64,000 nt of DNA, from contig JAVJWO010000052.1 of assembly GCA_040222015.1 (NCBI GenBank), positions 55,663 through 119,662 of the forward strand, given 5' to 3'. The stretch is from Coleofasciculus chthonoplastes F2-STO-03 (GTDB taxonomy: Bacteria; Cyanobacteriota; Cyanobacteriia; Cyanobacteriales; Coleofasciculaceae). Below are positions 61,746-64,000 of the stretch, in pieces; the first letter of the stretch is position 1; each line of letters starts with the position of its first letter. The notes under the pieces were generated by a model. That model saw nothing but the letters and a program-made list of their open reading frames with translations. It had not been told where the DNA came from and ran no database searches. Both the position numbers and the translations under genes were made by a program.

Positions 61746-62276
61746 TCATTCAACCATTCGCTGAGCCAGGGTAAAAAAAATATCGTCAACATTGTTCCCC
61801 GTTTTAGCTGATGTGGGATAGACTGCAGCGATTTTATTCGGATAATTCAATTGACACTTGTCTAGCAAATCTTGCTGTTGTTTTTCCGAAAGAAGATCCG
61901 CTTTATTTAAAGCAACGATACCAAATCCTTTGGGATTTACCGATAAAAACGCTTGTAAGTGATCTGAAATATGATCGATTGTGACTTGGCGACTGACATC
62001 AGCTACGATTACCGCACTGGTTGCTCCTTGTAGGTACATCGGCGTCACCGTTTTAAATTTAGTATTTCCCTCCAAATCCCAGATTAGCATTTGTACCTGA
62101 AGCGCCTTTTTTGGCGTTTTGGCTTGCACCTCAACCGTTTTTCGGGAAATCTTTACCCCCACAGTGGACAAATACTTATCACTAAACTGTCGTTCTACAA
62201 AGCGACGAATTAAGCTGGTTTTACCGACACTAAAATCACCCAGCATACACATTTTTTTAGAGATCAGGGAAGTCAT
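61746..62276 (-). CDS. Rab/Ras-like small GTPase
   Basis: G1 GDFSVGKT, G3 WDLEG, G4 NKAD, G5 SAK. Confidence 0.9.
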   Translation of the reverse strand: MTSLISKKMCMLGDFSVGKTSLIRRFVERQFSDKYLSTVGVKISRKTVEVQAKTPKKALQVQMLIWDLEGNTKFKTVTPMYLQGATSAVIVADVSRQVTIDHISDHLQAFLSVNPKGFGIVALNKADLLSEKQQQDLLDKCQLNYPNKIAAVYPTSAKTGNNVDDIFFTLAQRMVE

Positions 62277-62500
62277 CCTCGTTTTTTAACTCCAATTGAT
62301 AGGGAATATAGTATAGTATATTTAGATTTTAGCGATATAAAAGAGTTCTAAAATTATTAGTTATCTGTGTTTATTATCACTGACGAATGACCTATGATGG
62401 GTGATTAATTGCCCAGATATGATCCCCCAATAAGGGCGAATTGAGTTAAGTCAAACCCGCCCCTAAAACAATGTAGAGACCGTCCATGTTTGGTCTCTAC

Positions 62501-62863
62501 TTAAATGCTGCCATAAACCGGAACAGCCGCACCGCTTACATCCTGCGCCGCGTCTGAGGCTAAGAAACAAATCGCTTGGGCGATAGATTGGGGTTTCACC
62601 CACTGATTGGCATTTTTTTCCCCATCGCTTGACGATTGGTTGGTGTGTCAATCACGCTAGGGAGTACACTATTGGCGGTGATATTTGTACCTTGGGTTTC
62701 ATCCGCGATCGCTTGAGTCAGGGCGACAACGCCAGCTTTGGCGGCACAGTAGGCGGCTAATTGTCCCCCCGGTTGCACAGCACCCCGCGATCCCACGGTG
62801 ATAATGCGCCCATAATTCTGTGGTAGCATTTTCGCCAAACTGTGCTTGCATACCAAAAAGGTG
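62501..62863 (-). pseudogene. 5'-truncated, frameshifted SDR oxidoreductase
   Basis: GRIITVGS...YCAAKAG...NSVLPSVIDTP; frameshift at the G/A run near 62615, then WVKPQSIAQAICFLASDAAQDVSGAAVPVYGSI*; no Rossmann N-terminus. Confidence 0.82.
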
Positions 62864-62954
62864 GGTATCTTCATTTCCCAAAATACCGCGATTTGAGCAG
62901 CGATTAAGCTGCCCTTTACTCTATTCAAGCACGAATTGGCTTCACCTGATCGGC

Positions 62955-63744
62955 TGACATCTCCCCAAGCAGTCAAGGCAGGGGGTTCATCAAACTAGCT
63001 TGACTTTTGCTGGCTCTCGGCATTGCCTACATCATCCAGCATCTTATCAAGTTCATTTGACGCTTCTAGGTCGTTCTTCTCTGACGCCATTGCTGCAACA
63101 ACGTTGACAATCCGGTAGACAAAACTTTATTTACTAGCTCACCCTGAAGTGATTTGCGGTGAGCGCTTAATTTTCGTTCAATATTCGCCTTGCGCTGTCT
63201 TGTTTTGGCATAGCGATTAGACTAGTTCGTTTGTCGCCTGCCCTTGATGGATTTTCCCAACTTCCGCTTGCCATGTTTTTGTCCTGACTTGGGTAAATCA
63301 CATCGGGACGGCTCAAAACAATCAGGATTGTTGGCTCTTTGTTGGCGCGACATCTGTCGCTGGAGTCGCGCAATCTCTTTTGATTTATCCGCCAGTTCGC
63401 TACAGAACGGCTTCAGGAAAGCTTCAGATTCACCAACTACCGCAATGGTAGAGGGTCCGATATCAGCACCAACTACCTCATTAGTTATGGTGTTTTTGGG
63501 CTAAGCATTATAAAGCTGTCTCCCAGCTTCCAGTCTTACCAGCAACACCTTTTCCTCTGTATCGCTTGCGATCAGAGGAATCTCGGTGATAAATGTTGGC
63601 GTTGGCTTTGGCGGCATTGTGTTAGACTAAGGTAATCTATATGCCTAAAGTCAGAGGCTCCCCAGCCATCCCTTACAACCCTATTTTTCGGTGGGTATCT
63701 AGGATAGGCGGCGCAAACAATAGGGGTTTGGTTACCAAACCCCT
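62955..63744 (-). mobile_element. Degenerate IS200/IS605-family element with a deleted tnpB
   Basis: Right-end-like GAACCCCCTGCCTTGACTGCTTGGGGAGATGTCA at 62988-62955; tnpB remnant; hairpin at 63722-63744 (left boundary uncertain). Confidence 0.65.
63066..63617 (-). pseudogene. tnpB: TnpB remnant with internal deletions and stops
   Basis: Hand translation MPPKPTPTFITEIPL...RLEAGRQLYNA*PKNTITNEVVGADIGPSTIAVV (RuvC-I)...LQRQMSRQQRANNPD...ERKLSAHRKSLQGELVNKVL. Confidence 0.78.
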
Positions 63745-63889
63745 CCAAGTCCACCCGAATCGCGAGGGGCTACCCCTTCAACGAAGTAAGGGGTAGGGGG
63801 ATAGCGGAAAATGCGAGGGGTCAATCCCCGAAGTATTTTCAATCTCTCTCCTTCTATCTATCTATCCCATGTGGTGGTATAGTTTAGCC

Positions 63890-64000
63890 ATGAAACAAGT
63901 TCTCACAATAGTTGTAAAGCTCCAACCCTCTCCTGAACAAGTTGCCTTCTTAGAGGCAACTCTTCAGGCGTTTGCGGACGCTTGTAACTACGTGAACGAA
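63890..64000 (+). CDS. tnpB: IS200/IS605-family TnpB, 5' end (runs off the window)
   Basis: MKQVLTIVVKLQPSPEQVAFLEATLQAFADACNYVNE, a typical TnpB N-terminus; upstream hairpin CTACCCCTT...AAGGGGTAG at 63770-63796. Confidence 0.75.
   Translation, partial: MKQVLTIVVKLQPSPEQVAFLEATLQAFADACNYVNE

Noticed and set aside
62596..62976. 126-aa ORF as an intact SDR
   Set aside because: Its N-terminus is read from IS-end and unrelated DNA, the Rossmann motif is missing, and the C-terminus is frameshifted.
63167..63754. Short ORFs 63167-63373, 63244-63504 and 63572-63754
   Set aside because: They are alternative frames over the tnpB remnant and its end sequences.

Overview
A 64-kb chromosomal window from a filamentous cyanobacterium, inferred from abundant HIP1 GCGATCGC sites, heptamer STRR tracts and GTAG-tagged palindromes. 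The style is Coleofasciculus/Oscillatoriales-like, but I cannot confirm the taxon. From left to right it holds: dapB; a rimK operon; a haemagglutinin-CHAT protein; an S-layer protein; two hybrid histidine kinases; an 11.5-kb array of GT-C-like membrane proteins (three close paralogues, two distant ones, one intact and one internally deleted ArnT/GT39-type gene) beside an epimerase, wzc and wza; a class I DISARM anti-phage locus (drmD-drmMI-drmA-drmB-drmC); housekeeping genes (sfsA, pepP-like, Met-gamma-lyase family, ABC pair); a Rab-like GTPase/PAS module; and two divergent IS200/IS605 tnpB elements. The DISARM locus is the most unusual part. It carries two extra genes, a DUF559 endonuclease and a RelE-UvrD helicase fusion coupled to drmA. 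Its methylase is split by a 5-bp duplication, and drmA lacks its Walker A region. A CCCTCTCCC/GGGAGAGGG palindromic repeat is inserted in frame at up to seven sites in four genes of the locus, clustered around the DUF559 gene. Several other genes also keep both ends but have lost their middles. All calls come from reading motifs by eye; no database searches were run.
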